DNA of 36,443 bases from positions 61,911,066 to 61,947,508 of the forward strand of contig NC_068983.1 of the NCBI RefSeq assembly GCF_001194135.2, read 5' to 3'. Both the position numbers and the translations under genes were made by a program. Positions 33,359-36,443 of this stretch are shown in pieces. The first letter of the stretch is position 1; every line of letters starts with the position of its first letter. Source of the stretch: Octopus bimaculoides (lineage: Eukaryota). Under the pieces are notes generated by a model. That model saw only the letters and a list, made by a program, of their open reading frames with translations. It ran no database searches and was not told the origin of the DNA.

Positions 33359-35038
33359 ACACGTTACCAGCTGAAGCGACTTGCAGCTTTACACTTAATT
33401 TCACGTTGAAGAATATTCTTTAAACCAAACTAGTACTCATCTCCATATTGTTTACTGAAATTGCATAAAACTTAGAATTTTCACTTTAATTCCATTTTAG
33501 CTAAGCATGTAGTTTGCAAATGTAGGATGAAAGCTGCAAGCTCATCAAAGTATATATAACTCTTCCGAATAGTAATTTTAAGTAGCATGTCCTCTAATTT
33601 TAAATTTTCTTTCTGAAGTGATACCAAATGGCTTCGAATTTACATCTGGGTACTGGAAAATATGAACATACCATAGAAAGAATTCTCTGGGCAAAAATAT
33701 TTTGTGGAGACGAAAAGAAATGTATCATAGAAAATAACAAAAGGCTCTTTACAAATAATTTACTTTTCAACAGACATTCGGAAGAATGCTTTCCCACTTC
33801 GACATTTCTATGTGATACAAATCCTTTCTTTTCTTCTACCCGAAAGATGAAGCAGTTTCTCATATTTTCTTTTAACTATGCTGGCACCACCGTTACCTCT
33901 ACAGTTGAATTCACAGACATCTATGTTCTACCCTTTCATGTAAACAGCTAACCTGGGTGATACTTTGACTTATCTCGAATTAACTTCTCCTACTTATTAT
34001 ATTCTCCTATTCATTGTATACTCAACTACCTTTATCAACACATTTTTTCGTAATATGTCTGATGAGAAATTATATATAGATGTACCTATGTTATATTTGG
34101 CATTTTTTCAATGAATGCTAACATAATTAAGATTGATATTCAGTCTGATATTTATTCCTTGGAGACGTTTGATAAAACTTGACCTATATATACAAACATC
34201 AGTATATTCGCGAATATCTATTCATGTTCCAATTTGCGATAAATGGAATAGGGGCATGAAAATTTAGTTGTTTGAAACAAGTCTATTTGATGTTTGCTTT
34301 GTATTTGAAATTGTATATACCTTTTTGTGAAGCATTGATATAAACTACAAAGAACTACCTATTAGATTATTAGTCTTTGCGGCTAGTGTTGAGAATATAT
34401 GAGGATATGCTATTAATGCTTATGTTTTATATAGTTATGTATTAGTATTAATATGTGTATACGTATGTACATATGTAAGTTTATATGTTTGTATGTTTGT
34501 GAGTGTTTGTGTGGGGTGTGTGTGTGTGCGTGTGTGTGTGTGCGTGTGCGTGTGTGAAGTTACGTTAAAAGAAATGTAAATGTGAGCATAAGATATTTAT
34601 TAACTGAGAGAGGTCGTTTAAATCGCACATAATGGCAGACTAGCTCAGCCACTCTGTAAATGTACTTCTTAACTCCATCTCAAGCGATGCATTTCCACCA
34701 TCACAGGACCCAATTCTCGAATCATCTTTCAACAATTCAGATGCGTGTTTTTGGACGCACAAGTTCACAGACACATACACCTCGTCTCTGCCATCAAATC
34801 AGACCTCGAAATCTATTACGTCGATGTGGATTGTTTTAAGATTCTTGTTAAGCTTCTTCCCCAACCTCAATGACTTTTCCAAGCATTTATGGTATCTCAA
34901 ATGCCCTTTCGCTGCTCATGGTACAAATACGTTCCAGAAAATCAGAGAGAATGACGTCCTTGTCATCCCCCAAAACAATCACCACCTCTGTGCATTCGCT
35001 ACAGCTAGAAATACAGACTATTAAGAAGGAATAATTTC

Positions 35039-35074
35039 TTAACTCTACAGCTGTTTCAGGAAGCTCGGAGTTAA
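35039..35074 (-). ncRNA. Collapsed hammerhead relic lacking the CTGATGA core
   Basis: Minus strand TTAACTC-CGAGCTTCCT-GAAACAGCTGTA-GAGTTAA: perfect 7-bp stem I and the same 12-mer as 26740-26751. Confidence 0.5.
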
Positions 35075-35949
35075 TCGTATAATAATCGTATGTGTGTAAT
35101 TATGCATATATGTATAGTTTTGTAGACACTGATATGTACATAAAACATATATATGTCTTATGTACATATATTATATTTACCTTTAACTCATTCCCAAATA
35201 AACAGTCTAATTGTAAATCATGTTCCAGACATGACCATTTAATCTTTTTTATATTTTGACCTTAATTATCAAATGTCACGTTCACTTGCGTAAGCTGGCC
35301 GGTGTTATTTGCTGCTTTTTGTAGTAGGTCAACCAGACTGAAGGCTTCTTTTTGAATTGTGTACAAATGCGTTTTATATACCGATAAATAGATAGATAGG
35401 TAGATAGATAGATAAATAGATAAGCAGACAAACGTAGAGTAATTTGATTTAGTATCTCTTTTAACACAGTAAATGCATTTCATACTGACCATTTTAAGAG
35501 AATGGTCTTGTTTAATATCGATTCAAAGAGAATGATTCTATGAATCCGTGTGAATATTTGATGATCGCAATAAATTCAAGGAGTTTAAATCTGAAATCCA
35601 GGTATAGTAATATTAAAGCTTCATCGGATACACCGTCAACGCATATTCGCATGAAGAGGAGATATATTTATATCTATGACTGTTTGATTTGATGAAATTT
35701 TAAGTTCAATGAACAAATGTAATAATTCAGTTGGAATGTCTTGATAACAGATGATTAAATACTATTATGTTAAAAGCAAATCTACGAAGGCAGTCGTCAC
35801 ATTGAAAGCATAGTGAAAACATTCTCGTTAATTTCAAAGTGAAAATTATATAAAGTATCATTGAAGCGAGACATTCAATTTCTAAGTTCAACAAAATCGT
35901 CTTCTTTCATATATATAACAAATTCCTTAGATACCATATTTCGGAAAGT

Positions 35950-36030
35950 GCTATACAGAATTATGGTTACATTGTTAAGACATTTGCTTTACAGCCATAC
36001 TGTTCTGGGTTCGATCCTATTGTTTGGACT
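35950..36030 (+). mobile_element. Degenerate SINE head
   Basis: GACATTTGCTTTACAGCCATACTGTTCTGGGTTCGATCC (B box). Confidence 0.5.
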
Positions 36031-36357
36031 AAGAGGCGAGTGTTTTTATTATAGACATGAATCAGCCGAAATTTTCTGAGTCAAAATCTATTAGACTCTT
36101 TCTGACGCCGCCCCGTCTCTCCTTATGTATAAATAAATATCTCTGCGTGTATCTGCATTAATGTTATCACCGCTCTAAATTCGATATCGTTTGTGATACG
36201 CTTTTTTATATCCCGTAATTTAGTTTTGAGACAAACAGAAATTGATAACATCAGAGACGGATTGACATAAACGCTGGAGATAAAATGAACAACTAAACCT
36301 TGAAGTATAGTTGCAGTCAAATGAGTGAAACCAATAAAAACTAAAAAGCGGACACAC

Positions 36358-36443
36358 GCATACACACACACGTACATACATACATACATACATACTATAT
36401 ATATGTATATATGTATATATGTATATATATATATATATATATA
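36358..36443. repeat. (CA)/(TACA)/(TA)n microsatellite
   Basis: Direct reading. Confidence 0.95.

Noticed and set aside
33600-33951. Overlapping 107-aa (+) and 87-aa (-) ORFs
   Set aside because: Neither has a recognisable motif or consistent splice boundaries; left unassigned.

Overview
AT-rich, microsatellite-dense eukaryotic DNA with ten N-gaps (842-1141, 2530-3103, 15770-15869, 18701-18998, 21129-21449, 22538-22942, 23330-23339, 24536-25307, 27831-27840, 28652-29404). Most gaps are flanked by dinucleotide runs. The SINE families look like those I recognise from Octopus genomes (inference, not a database result). No complete or recognisable host gene is present, and most ORFs in the track are microsatellite or N artefacts. 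The interpretable content is a layered transposon record. It includes about 20 tRNA-derived SINE copies in three head families and a Merlin-like MITE (37-bp TIR, 8-bp TSD) nested in a SINE. It also includes an internally inverted RTE LINE, an R4/Dong-like RT relic split by a SINE, and Penelope-like fragments. The most interesting signal is a set of type I hammerhead-ribozyme motifs: two dissimilar ones bracket a GIY-YIG endonuclease fragment at 26.7-27.7 kb, and a collapsed relic with the same 12-nt core sits beside an unexplained reading frame at 35 kb. A few splice-signal-supported exon candidates occur on both strands at 29.6-32.7 kb but cannot be confirmed from sequence alone.
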